This document shows, piece after piece, positions 50,981-59,974 of a stretch of 64,000 bases of DNA. The DNA lies in contig OZ242320.1 of assembly GCA_965208125.1 (NCBI GenBank), positions 1,664,001 to 1,728,000 on the forward strand, written 5' to 3'. The DNA comes from Candidatus Latescibacterota bacterium. Its GTDB lineage: Bacteria > Latescibacterota > UBA2968. Each line of letters starts with the position of its first letter. Within the stretch, counting starts at the first letter, position 1. The notes below the pieces were generated by a model. That model made no database searches. It had not been told where the DNA came from and saw nothing but the letters and a program-made list of their open reading frames with translations. The translations under genes and the position numbers were made by a program.

Positions 50981-51829
50981 ATGAATAATTGGAAACCCTC
51001 CGCTGAACAAAAACACCAATGGGAAGAAAAGGGATTCTTTATCGAGCACAACGTCGTCCCAGAAAGCATTGCTTTTGACATGCGCGGCGTCATAAAAAAC
51101 GAACTGCTCAAACCCGAACCAAGTGGCAACCCCAATCCAGACCCCATGGACCCCATGGGTGACACCCCCGAAGCGCGCGCCCTGAGATTTCGGAAATTGG
51201 GCAATTTCTGCGTCGAATCCCCCCTCATATGGCACACATTTCACGCCGGACGAGAAATGCTCGCCATGGCGCGATATTTCCTGGGCAACGACATCATCGT
51301 CAAGTTCAACAGCGTATTTGTAAAACCCGCCAAAACGGGTAGCGCAACACCCTGGCATCAGGACAACGGCCTCTGGCGCGACGGAGAAACCGAACCCTTT
51401 AATGCCTGGATGGCTCTCGACCCGGCAACCCGCAAAAATGGGTGTATGCAATTTATTCCAGGCAGTCACAAAGGCGAGATCATACAACACGTCATGTACG
51501 AAGACAGCATTCACGGTGAACTGCCCCGCGACCTCGTAAAAACGCGCATAGAACAATGCGACACAGAACACATCGAACTCAACCCGGGCGACGTGGTCTG
51601 CTGGCACAGCAGCCTGTGGCATTACAGCCCGCCAAACCCCAGCCCAAACAGCCGCATAGCTATTGCGGGCGTATGGACAAACCCCAAAATCAACGCCGGA
51701 CGCATGCGTCCGCTACACCGCTGGGGCATGAAAAACGGCGAAATATGCACCGCATTTCCCCCCGAATTCGTCCAGAACGAAAACGGCAAGCCCCACCACC
51801 CAGGAGACTTTCCCAAAGCCTCACAATAA
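50981..51829 (+). CDS. Phytanoyl-CoA dioxygenase (PhyH) family 2OG-Fe(II) oxygenase
   Basis: TPWHQD, NGCMQFIPGSH, WHYS...R motifs. Confidence 0.9.
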   Translation: MNNWKPSAEQKHQWEEKGFFIEHNVVPESIAFDMRGVIKNELLKPEPSGNPNPDPMDPMGDTPEARALRFRKLGNFCVESPLIWHTFHAGREMLAMARYFLGNDIIVKFNSVFVKPAKTGSATPWHQDNGLWRDGETEPFNAWMALDPATRKNGCMQFIPGSHKGEIIQHVMYEDSIHGELPRDLVKTRIEQCDTEHIELNPGDVVCWHSSLWHYSPPNPSPNSRIAIAGVWTNPKINAGRMRPLHRWGMKNGEICTAFPPEFVQNENGKPHHPGDFPKASQ

Positions 51830-51833
51830 AACA

Positions 51834-54050
51834 ATGAACAAACAGGGAACCATAGACCGTTCCATAGGTCTGGCAGGCGCAACAGGCGTGGGCATTGGCG
51901 CCATCGTCGGAGGCGGCATACTCGCACTTGCAGGCGTGGCCTATGCGACCACTGGACCGGCGACACTGCTCGTCTTCGCAGCCAATGGTGTGATAGCCGT
52001 ACTGACAGCATTGAGCTTTGCCGAAATGTCAACCGCATTTCCCCAGTCCGGCGGCACCTATACATTTGCCAAAAACGTATTATCCGTACGCGCGGCTTTC
52101 GCTTTTGGATGGGTGGGCTGGTTTGCATCCATCGTCGCCGGCGTACTCTACGCAATGGGCTTTGCATCCTATGCTGCCATAGCACTACAAGAATGTGTGC
52201 GTCTTCTCTTTGGCGTCGCACCAGAATGGCTCCTTGGACATGCGATGGTCGCAACGCTGGCCATAGGCGCAACCGCCTATTATACCTTTGGCCTCATTCG
52301 CACGAGCGGAGGCGGGGACAACTGGATCAACTTTGCAAAAATGGCTGTCTTCGCCGTGCTTATCGGCGGCGGTCTATGGGCACTCACGGGCAAAAGTCTG
52401 ACGACCATACACACCAGCCTGACCCCATTTCTCACCCATGGTACAGCGGGATTTTTCAAAGCCATGGGATATACCTTTATCGCCCTCCAGGGTTTTGACC
52501 TCATCGCCGCCGTCGCTGGCGAAGTACGCACCCCCGAACGCACATTGCCGCGCGCCATGCTCTTGTCTCTGGCAGCGGCTCTGGCCGTCTATTTGCCCCT
52601 GCTCTTTGTCATCGCGACTGTGGGTGTCCCACCTGGACAGACCATAGGTGGCCTGAGCACCAACCATCCCGAAGTGGTAGTGGCTCTCGCAGCGCGACAT
52701 TTTTTAGGTGAAACGGGTTTCTGGCTCGTGCTAATCGCCGCCATCTTGTCCATGCTATCGGCACTACAGGCCAATTTGCTGGCCGCCTCTCGCGTGGCCC
52801 TCACCATGGCGCAAGACCGCACCCTTCCCGCACCCATTGGGGAAGTACACATTCGCCATAAAACGCCCATAACCGCAATCTGTGTCAGTGCCCTGACAAT
52901 GGCAACCCTGCTGATGGTCGTGCCCGATGTAGCGGCGGCTGGCGCTGCGGCCAGTTTGATCTTCCTCATCTCTTTTGCCATGACGCACTGGACCAGCATC
53001 CTGGCCCGAACGCGACGGCGAACACCCGCACCATTCCACACGCCATTATTTCCCCTCATTCCCGTCACAGGCGGTCTGTGCTGCGCCGGATTGGCACTCT
53101 TTCAGGCCATATCCGTACCAACCGCCGGCTTGATCTCGGCGGTATGGCTCGGGCTGGGCGGATTATTGTACTGGGCATTGCTGGCGCGCCGCGCCCGCGT
53201 CGTAGATGCCTCTGCCGAAGCCCTCGACCCACAACTGCTCCAAATGCGCGGTCGCAGCCCCCTGGTCCTCGTACCCGTGGCCAATCCTCAAAATGCCTCT
53301 GCCATGGTCGCGGTTGCCCACGCGCTCGCACCACCGGGCGTAGGACGGGTATTGTTATTATCCGTAGTAGCTACCCCAGAAGAGGGATGGCGCGAGGAAG
53401 AACCACCTCATACCTTGCGCGACACACAAACAGTGATAAGAGAAGCCGTAACAGCCTCGTTTGCCTCTGGAATGGAACCCGAAGCACTGATGACCATCGC
53501 GCCGCAACCCTGGCCCGAGATTGTGCGGGTCTCCCGCATGCACCGCTGCGAGAGTTTATTATTGGGTTTGAGCGACGTCAACAGTGCCCACCTGGAAGAA
53601 CTCATCAGTTCTGTGGCATGCGACGTGGTGGTATTGCACGCGCCATCGGGCTGGCACTTAAAGAACGTACATCGCGTACTGGTACCCACGCGAAGTCTCG
53701 GTGCCCACGACAAATTTCGCGCCCGCTTGCTGGGCAGTCTGTGCCGCACGGGCAAACGCGAAGTCACATTTTTGCAGGTATTGCCCGAACACACCAGTGA
53801 TTTTCAGTGTGACCGCGCACAGCGCAGACTGACGCAATTTGCAAATGAAGAAGTCCCCACCAGAGCCGATGCCCTGGTCGTGCGCCACAACAAACCCCTC
53901 GAAGCAATTACGGATATGGCGAATAATCACGACCTGGCGATTTTGGGACTGGAGCGCATTGACAAAAACCGCAGACAATTTGGACAACTCGCACCGGTTC
54001 TCGCACAAAATATCACCTGCGCCACCATCATGATCAGCAGGCGAGGGTGA
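51834..54050 (+). CDS. APC-family amino acid permease fused to universal-stress (USP)-like domains
   Basis: GAIVGGGI, AEMSTAFPQSGG and GFDLIAAVAGEV motifs; C-terminal VLVPVANP and ACDVVVL. Confidence 0.88.
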   Translation: MNKQGTIDRSIGLAGATGVGIGAIVGGGILALAGVAYATTGPATLLVFAANGVIAVLTALSFAEMSTAFPQSGGTYTFAKNVLSVRAAFAFGWVGWFASIVAGVLYAMGFASYAAIALQECVRLLFGVAPEWLLGHAMVATLAIGATAYYTFGLIRTSGGGDNWINFAKMAVFAVLIGGGLWALTGKSLTTIHTSLTPFLTHGTAGFFKAMGYTFIALQGFDLIAAVAGEVRTPERTLPRAMLLSLAAALAVYLPLLFVIATVGVPPGQTIGGLSTNHPEVVVALAARHFLGETGFWLVLIAAILSMLSALQANLLAASRVALTMAQDRTLPAPIGEVHIRHKTPITAICVSALTMATLLMVVPDVAAAGAAASLIFLISFAMTHWTSILARTRRRTPAPFHTPLFPLIPVTGGLCCAGLALFQAISVPTAGLISAVWLGLGGLLYWALLARRARVVDASAEALDPQLLQMRGRSPLVLVPVANPQNASAMVAVAHALAPPGVGRVLLLSVVATPEEGWREEEPPHTLRDTQTVIREAVTASFASGMEPEALMTIAPQPWPEIVRVSRMHRCESLLLGLSDVNSAHLEELISSVACDVVVLHAPSGWHLKNVHRVLVPTRSLGAHDKFRARLLGSLCRTGKREVTFLQVLPEHTSDFQCDRAQRRLTQFANEEVPTRADALVVRHNKPLEAITDMANNHDLAILGLERIDKNRRQFGQLAPVLAQNITCATIMISRRG

Positions 54051-54051
54051 T

Positions 54052-54127
54052 CCGCAGATGGCGCAGATGGGGACGCAGATAAACTTTCGCCCCCATCCAT
54101 CGTAGGGGCAACCCTTGTGGTTGCCCT
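54052..54127 (+). repeat. Intergenic short repeats: 3x CGCAGAT plus a GTAG-type REP palindrome
   Basis: CGCAGATGG-CGCAGATGG-GGA-CGCAGAT, then GTAGGGGCAACCCTTGTGGTTGCCCT (54102-54127). Confidence 0.65.
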
Positions 54128-54144
54128 GTGAAAAGGAAAACATC

Positions 54145-54987
54145 ATGGACGCAAAAAAATGGTTGCAACACTGCGCGACAGAAGCACAACTCAGGCAATT
54201 TAACGACGAGGGATATTTGATCGTCGAAGACGCCCTATCGCCCGACCTGCTCGCGCGATTGAATGACGCCGTCGATCGGGTAGAAGCGCGGGAACGCGAG
54301 ACAAAGGGAATGAAATCAGATGCATTATTGAGCAAATTTCGAACTGTTGTGGAAGACGATATCTTTCTGGAATTACTCGATAATCCCAAAACATTCCCGC
54401 TATTATGGGATATTTTGGGATGGAATATCCAGCTCTATATCTCCCATCTAATCGTATATCCACCCGAGCAAAAGAAACGCGAAATTAACCCGGGTGGCTG
54501 GCATCAAGACGGCGGGCGACCCGTGCCCGAGATGGAACGCCCCCACCCGCGCCTATCCCTGAAGATCAGCTACTGGTTAAGCGATGTTAACACCCCAGAA
54601 CACGGCGCAATGCAAATTGTACCGCGCAGCCATAAACTGGACACAAAACCCGAAGGCTCCGATGCTGGCGAAGGCGTGTTACCCGTATGTGTCAAAGCGG
54701 GAACAGCCGTCCTCTTTGACCGCAGAATGTGGCATCGGCGGGGGATTAACACATCCGACGTCACGCGCCGCGTGCTATTCTTTGGCTACAGCTATCGCTG
54801 GCTGCGGGGGCTGGATTACAACCTCATGCCCGAAAATATCCTGAGCAAATGCGACCCCATCCGCCGCCAGCTACTCGGCGATGGCACAGACGTCAAAGGA
54901 TGGTGGCAACCCACAGAAGCCGACGTCCCCCTCAAAAGCTGGCTGCGCGAACACAAAGGCGAAGACTATCTCGAAGCACTGGGATAG
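54145..54987 (+). CDS. Phytanoyl-CoA dioxygenase (PhyH) family protein
   Basis: GGWHQDG, GAMQIVPRSH and FDRRMWHR motifs; ATG 54145 after SD AAGGA. Confidence 0.9.
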   Translation: MDAKKWLQHCATEAQLRQFNDEGYLIVEDALSPDLLARLNDAVDRVEARERETKGMKSDALLSKFRTVVEDDIFLELLDNPKTFPLLWDILGWNIQLYISHLIVYPPEQKKREINPGGWHQDGGRPVPEMERPHPRLSLKISYWLSDVNTPEHGAMQIVPRSHKLDTKPEGSDAGEGVLPVCVKAGTAVLFDRRMWHRRGINTSDVTRRVLFFGYSYRWLRGLDYNLMPENILSKCDPIRRQLLGDGTDVKGWWQPTEADVPLKSWLREHKGEDYLEALG

Positions 54988-55003
54988 CGACTGACCACAA
55001 TAC

Positions 55004-55047
55004 AAAAAAGAGCCATAACATTTATCTGTTATGGCTCTTTAATTTTC
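55004..55047 (+). terminator. Hairpin terminator at the island boundary
   Basis: AAAGAGCCATAACA-TTTATC-TGTTATGGCTCTTT. Confidence 0.65.
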
Positions 55048-55065
55048 TGACCACTTACTTTTTGC

Positions 55066-55290
55066 AGGAGGTGCATCCAGAAGAACGTGGCCGAAAAAGC
55101 GCAGATAGATGTTACCGGAATTTCAGGGCACTCTTTTCGAGTCGGCACAGCGCAAACACTCGTGGAGAAAAAGGCGACAATGCCACAGCTTCAGACGGCT
55201 GGACGCTGGAAGGATACCAGGATGCCGGCCAGATATACGGGGAAAGAAGAACTCGCTCACGGGGTTATCGCTACCATCCTGGGCAAGTAG
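55066..55290 (+). pseudogene. C-terminal fragment of a tyrosine recombinase (Cre-like integrase)
   Basis: ISGHSFRVG (HxxR), AGRW and MPARY (catalytic Tyr); the N-terminal part of the recombinase is absent. Confidence 0.8.
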
Positions 55291-55390
55291 ATAATCAACA
55301 CCTTCGCCAATTAAATGGGGCGAATAGCCCCTAATACGGTAAATTTGAAACAGGAGTATCCGTAGATTCACTTTCAGCAGGAGGGGCATT

Positions 55391-56077
55391 ATGAAGCAAA
55401 AGAATAACGCGATTCAAGAAGAAAAAGATTACCAAGCAATATTCCGTCCAAAAGAAGAACCAAATGACCAGGAAGATCTGAAAACTGATGAATGGATTGA
55501 GGCAGTTTCGGATTTCGAGATGTTCTCAGAACAGCTACAACGGGTCATATATGATCTGCACCAGTGGAAGTGGGCGGTTATCGCTCTGCATAGCGGCATC
55601 CAGGGCATGATGATCCTTGCACTCAACGTAGGTGATGGCTTGAGTGTTCTCCAAAAAAAGGATGCGGAGCAGTATTTATGTTGGAAGAAAGGTGATAGAA
55701 GCGAGCCAGTGCCGCGCGGGAAACTCGTTCCCTTCCTCGACCTTTACAAGAACATCAAAGACGATAAGTCCCCAATGAACAGGTCTCCGGATACCCAGCA
55801 TTTCGTCCCCAAAGGGACGCAAGACAAATCTATCAAACTATTACACCATTTGAGAAACGAGTTCATGCACTTTACGCCTAAGCGCTGGATACTTAATCGC
55901 GAGGGCCTCCCCGCTATGGCATCAGATTGCCTTGAAATAGCTGAATTTCTGGCTTGGGAATCTGGCAATATAATCTGGTATGAACATGACTTGAAGAAAA
56001 GACTAAAGATTGCCTTTACATCTGCCCGTAAGTCTTTGTCTGCTGTAGAGAAAGAGTATAATGGAGGTACGTCTTGA
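55391..56077 (+). CDS. Putative HEPN-domain protein
   Basis: Helical 228 aa with WKWAVIALHS and an RxxxxH motif (LRNEFMH); SD GGAGG. Confidence 0.55.
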   Translation: MKQKNNAIQEEKDYQAIFRPKEEPNDQEDLKTDEWIEAVSDFEMFSEQLQRVIYDLHQWKWAVIALHSGIQGMMILALNVGDGLSVLQKKDAEQYLCWKKGDRSEPVPRGKLVPFLDLYKNIKDDKSPMNRSPDTQHFVPKGTQDKSIKLLHHLRNEFMHFTPKRWILNREGLPAMASDCLEIAEFLAWESGNIIWYEHDLKKRLKIAFTSARKSLSAVEKEYNGGTS

Positions 56078-56499
56078 ATCGTGAGTAGGATATCATCGCC
56101 TTGATTTCAGCGGACTACCTATGATGTGGCCGAATGGTCATCTGCGATCTGTGGACTTCCCGAACGTCGTATCTCCCCAACTGATGTTATACAGGCTTGA
56201 GGATATAAAGAAGACGATTATATACAATAGTGCCGAAGTGATTAAAAACGCTCCCAAAAGTTTTTCTTTTGGATGAATAAACTATCTGACAAAACTGGTA
56301 CATAGAATCAGATGTACAATAAAATTGCCTGATTAGGGTATAATCAGGAAATTTGTATATAGCAAATTTCTGGTACAGATTAGTATTGGGATAGCCCGAT
56401 ACTTCCTAAAGGACTACCCCAACTTTACATCTCTCCGTTCCTGCCTTGTATTTGATCGTAGGCTTTTAATAACCTTTCTTCAACAGGAAGCATTAGGCA

Positions 56500-56778
56500 T
56501 CACCTCCTTGCACGATGATCTTTGCCCATCTTGTAAGCTGTTGCTACGGATATTAACCACACAATAGCCCAAGTTACATTGTCCTCGCCAAACACATCAC
56601 ATAGTGTACCAAACATATCTAAATAAAACCAAAAGAACACGCCGATATGAGCCACGACATTCCATAGAGTATTCTTTACTCTTTTCGAGGGATGTGAAGC
56701 CATGACAAATATTGCACTGACAAAGAAAAACGGCAGATTTATACAAAATAACGTGATAAGTATTTCACTCATATCCAT
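56500..56778 (-). CDS. Small membrane protein
   Basis: 92 aa with 2-3 hydrophobic helices; no clear SD. Confidence 0.45.
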   Translation of the reverse strand: MDMSEILITLFCINLPFFFVSAIFVMASHPSKRVKNTLWNVVAHIGVFFWFYLDMFGTLCDVFGEDNVTWAIVWLISVATAYKMGKDHRARR

Positions 56779-57216
56779 AAAGAAAGGGGGTTGTGTAGCA
56801 CAGTAGCATAAGCCAAAAGAGCCGAGGCAATGGCCTATATGTCTGAAATATAGGCCATTGCAATTTCAGCTAGGTTTACGCTTTATTTTTTCAAACTCTG
56901 GTCTTTTAAAAACAATGATACACAGATTTGAAAGACGATCCGATGAAAACAGGACGAACCCCAATAATGCCCTGACCGTTCCTCTAAAAATACGCGCCAG
57001 TTGTCCCATTTGTCAAGGTCTGGTCGAAATAAATTAGCCCGTCAATCTCATTTGATCAACGGGCTTTGTCTTATGCCTGGTCGAGCACCACAACCACAAC
57101 ATTTTGACGCGCCAAGGACATAGCCAGCGACAATGTGCGAAGTTCCACATGTGTATCCCCAGGAGAAATTGAAATACAGCGAATAGACTCGCCCGCGCCC
57201 GCCTCGAGTACAACAC

Positions 57217-57253
57217 AAAAGCCCGCCGACCATTGCGATCAGTGGGCTTTTTC
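57217..57253. terminator. Bidirectional terminator-like hairpin
   Basis: AAAAGCCCGCCGACC...GATCAGTGGGCTTTTT downstream of the 57308 gene. Confidence 0.55.
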
Positions 57254-57307
57254 TATTCGCTTTACATCTTTTTGAGGATGTGTTTGGCTATCTGATAGCT
57301 TGACTTG

Positions 57308-57739
57308 TCATTGCTGTCTATCATTGCCTGTGTCATCATCAACAAAGGGCGGCAATGGAACGTCGGGATGGTTTTCCTTCAACCAGCTACGCCACTGGGC
57401 ATTATTTTCTTTAATACTATCCCTGAGCTTTCGATCCTGCCGCTCGCGGTATTTTTCGACTAAAAGTGTCCTCATACCTACCCCCTGTATAACTAAAAAG
57501 GCAAAGACGACAGCAAAAATACCCACATGCCCTATGGAGATAGCCAATTCAATGAGACCATCTCTATCGAGTCCGATAATTTTGTCCCAGTCACGCCAAA
57601 GAACCAGACCTAACAAGGGCACAAAAAACACGAGAGCCAACCCAATGATCCACTCTCTTTCCTCTGGCGTACAACTCCAAATATCTACTCGATCATCTGC
57701 GGGGCTTTGCCTCTGCTCCATTTGTTCCTTACGCTCCAT
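57308..57739 (-). CDS. Two-TM membrane protein, hypothetical
   Basis: Two hydrophobic helices and a charged tail ending WRSWLKENHPDVPLPPF. Start uncertain. Confidence 0.6.
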   Translation of the reverse strand: MERKEQMEQRQSPADDRVDIWSCTPEEREWIIGLALVFFVPLLGLVLWRDWDKIIGLDRDGLIELAISIGHVGIFAVVFAFLVIQGVGMRTLLVEKYRERQDRKLRDSIKENNAQWRSWLKENHPDVPLPPFVDDDTGNDRQQ

Positions 57740-57936
57740 TTCTCTGGGGAAATTTCCCACCTTCAAAAAAGGTAACGAAATAGAAATCTAACAGCAAGAA
57801 TAATCCTCTCCCCAAAAGGCCATTGGTTGCTACCAGTAGCCTTTTTCTTTTGTGCGAATATCGAAATTTCCTGGCACAAATACAATGATGGGGAATTTGC
57901 CCGCCCGAAACGGGTCAAGTCCATTTGACGGGTTTT

Positions 57937-57983
57937 AAAAAAAAGAAGAAGTGCCCCGCCAAACATCGCCAGGGCACTTTCTT
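57937..57983 (-). terminator. Terminator of the beta-CASP transcription unit
   Basis: Minus strand reads AAGTGCCC-TGGCGATGTTTGGCG-GGGCACTT-CTTCTTTTTTTT immediately after the stop codon. Confidence 0.7.
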
Positions 57984-57990
57984 GTGACAT

Positions 57991-59583
57991 TTACGCAATC
58001 AGCACTGGATGTAACAACTCAGGAGACTGACGATCCGGGACAAAAAACTCTTTCCAAGAGTATTTTAACGACAAGTGAAACACCTTTTCGTTTATCAGTG
58101 TCATCTTTTCCGTGCCGAACCACATCTCGGCCAATTCCCATACGCGAAATGGCCCCTTCTCTCCCGCTTCTATCAGATAGTCATACAACTCGGAAATCCG
58201 TTGGCGACAAAATTCTCTTCCGTCGGCGATGCCTGCTCGCTTGGTATAGGTATATTCGCCGCCATTCTTGGGGAGTTGCACATCTACATTCAGAGCCCTT
58301 TCTCTCACAGATTCAGCCAATTTCTTCCTCGCACAGTCATCGCCGTGTACAAGAAAGCATGTATGCGGCTTCAGTCTCTCGACCAAATTCGCCAGTTGTT
58401 TCTGATCCGCATGCGCGGAAAGCGAATATCGCTTCACATCGCACTCTACATGTTCCTCCTGTTCATCAAGGTTCAGGACGCGATCATCCTGCAACTTGCG
58501 CCCAGGAGTTCCTTCAGCCTGATAGCCCGTAATTGCGATCAGGTTCTTTGGATCACCAGCTAATTTCTCGGCATAAAAACTCGATCTGCCTCCGATCAAC
58601 ATCCCCGAAGACGCCACAATACAGCACGGCTCCCACGACGCAACGCTATCGCGGTCAAATTTGCGCGGCACTGGCTTTATGGTATCCGAATAGAAAATAT
58701 CCTCGTCTCGTTCTACCCTGCCCCGCATCGCTGGTGCAAGATTATCCCCAAAAGTCGCATACACCTTATTGACCGACTGCACCATCCCATCAATCCATAT
58801 GGGAAACTCGGGAATCTGCTTGCGCCGCATAGCCCGCGCCAAAATCAGAACAACCTCCTGTGCACGCCCCACGGCAAAGGCCGGTATTAACACTTTTCCG
58901 CCAGATTCAATCACCTTAGCCACGTCCGATACAAGCCGATCTTTTTCATTTGCGCGATCCTTGTGACAACGATTACCATACGTGGATTCCATCACCATCA
59001 CATCGGGACGGCACTGCGGCACAACCATACCCGGAATCGTCAGTTGATTGGCAACCGACACATCGCCTGTCATCAGAATACTTTCCCGTTTGCCCTCAAT
59101 ATAGATCATTGCTGCGCCCAAAATATGCCCGGCACGAATCCACCTGGCGGTCAACGCGCCATCACAGACCGACACGGGTTTATCCCACGGCACATCCACC
59201 ATGCGTTCCAAGACTGCGGCGACATCTTCAGGAGAACACAGAGGCAACTTACCGTCTTGTTGCTCACGCTGTCCCCGGTTCGCAGTATCTTCTAACAATA
59301 CCCGTGTAATCGCCTTTGTTGCTGGCGTACAATACATCTTCACATCTGCGGGCAAACCATTCACCAACACCGGCAGAGCACCCGTATGATCGGTATGCGC
59401 GTGTGTAATCAGCACCTCATCGGGCATACCCACATCGTCCGGCACAGAAAAATTGGGCAACTGTTTATCCTGATGGACGCCCATTCGAATGCCCGCATCT
59501 ACCAGAATGCGTTTTTCTTCTATTTCAATCAATGTGCAGGAAGCACCGACCTCGTCGGCACCACCCAAAAAATGGAGTTTCAT
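57991..59583 (-). CDS. MBL-fold beta-CASP ribonuclease (CPSF73/YSH1-like)
   Basis: LVDAG, THAHTDH, AGHILG, TGD, MESTYG, AVGRAQE, GYQAEGT, LSAHAD and LVHG (motif C His, RNA-type); ~90-aa C-terminal extension. Confidence 0.92.
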   Translation of the reverse strand: MKLHFLGGADEVGASCTLIEIEEKRILVDAGIRMGVHQDKQLPNFSVPDDVGMPDEVLITHAHTDHTGALPVLVNGLPADVKMYCTPATKAITRVLLEDTANRGQREQQDGKLPLCSPEDVAAVLERMVDVPWDKPVSVCDGALTARWIRAGHILGAAMIYIEGKRESILMTGDVSVANQLTIPGMVVPQCRPDVMVMESTYGNRCHKDRANEKDRLVSDVAKVIESGGKVLIPAFAVGRAQEVVLILARAMRRKQIPEFPIWIDGMVQSVNKVYATFGDNLAPAMRGRVERDEDIFYSDTIKPVPRKFDRDSVASWEPCCIVASSGMLIGGRSSFYAEKLAGDPKNLIAITGYQAEGTPGRKLQDDRVLNLDEQEEHVECDVKRYSLSAHADQKQLANLVERLKPHTCFLVHGDDCARKKLAESVRERALNVDVQLPKNGGEYTYTKRAGIADGREFCRQRISELYDYLIEAGEKGPFRVWELAEMWFGTEKMTLINEKVFHLSLKYSWKEFFVPDRQSPELLHPVLIA

Positions 59584-59631
59584 CTTGATTCCTTTCACGA
59601 ATGACGTTTGCTATCCCAGTTGTCTTGAAAG

Positions 59632-59698
59632 GATGCGTCGTATGCACAATCCAGAGGGATCATCGTGAGGCTATAGGAGCCTCGAAGTGCGACGCATC
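59632..59698 (-). ncRNA. Candidate structured intergenic RNA (three-way junction)
   Basis: Closing stem GATGCGTCG(59632-40)/CGACGCATC(59690-98) encloses hairpins ATCC-agag-GGAT(59649-60) and GAGGCT-atagg-AGCCTC(59667-83). Confidence 0.4.
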
Positions 59699-59776
59699 GG
59701 GAGGGAATACTTTTGAAGCTATTTGTAGGCGGAGGTGTTGACGGGCAAAGGAGATACCGCGATCTGCACCTGCCAA

Positions 59777-59929
59777 TTACTTGCGTTTTGGCGGGGCGTT
59801 ATAGCGGCCACGTCCAGACTTGTTGCCTGTTGTGGCGGGCCAACCTGCGCCTTTTCCACCGCCACCGCTTTTACCGCTACCTCGGGTGCTACCTCTACTG
59901 CCACCGCGGTTACCACTTGATTTAGCCAT
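59777..59929 (-). CDS. 50-aa Gly/Ser/basic micropeptide
   Basis: MAKSSGNRGGSRGSTRGSGKSGGGGKGAGWPATTGNKSGRGRYNAPPKRK, preceded by a very strong SD (AAAGGAGGTGA). Confidence 0.7.
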   Translation of the reverse strand: MAKSSGNRGGSRGSTRGSGKSGGGGKGAGWPATTGNKSGRGRYNAPPKRK

Positions 59930-59974
59930 TTTCTCACCTCCTTTCTTGTTGGTATCCATCGCCTCAGGGGGGCA

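Noticed and set aside
57034-57233. Short minus-strand ORFs of about 60 aa
   Set aside because: No SD or motif support, and they overlap a terminator-like hairpin.
59632-59698. Hammerhead ribozyme or SAM-I riboswitch
   Set aside because: Lacks the CUGANGA/GAAA core; ATCCAGAG is the only SAM-I-like word.
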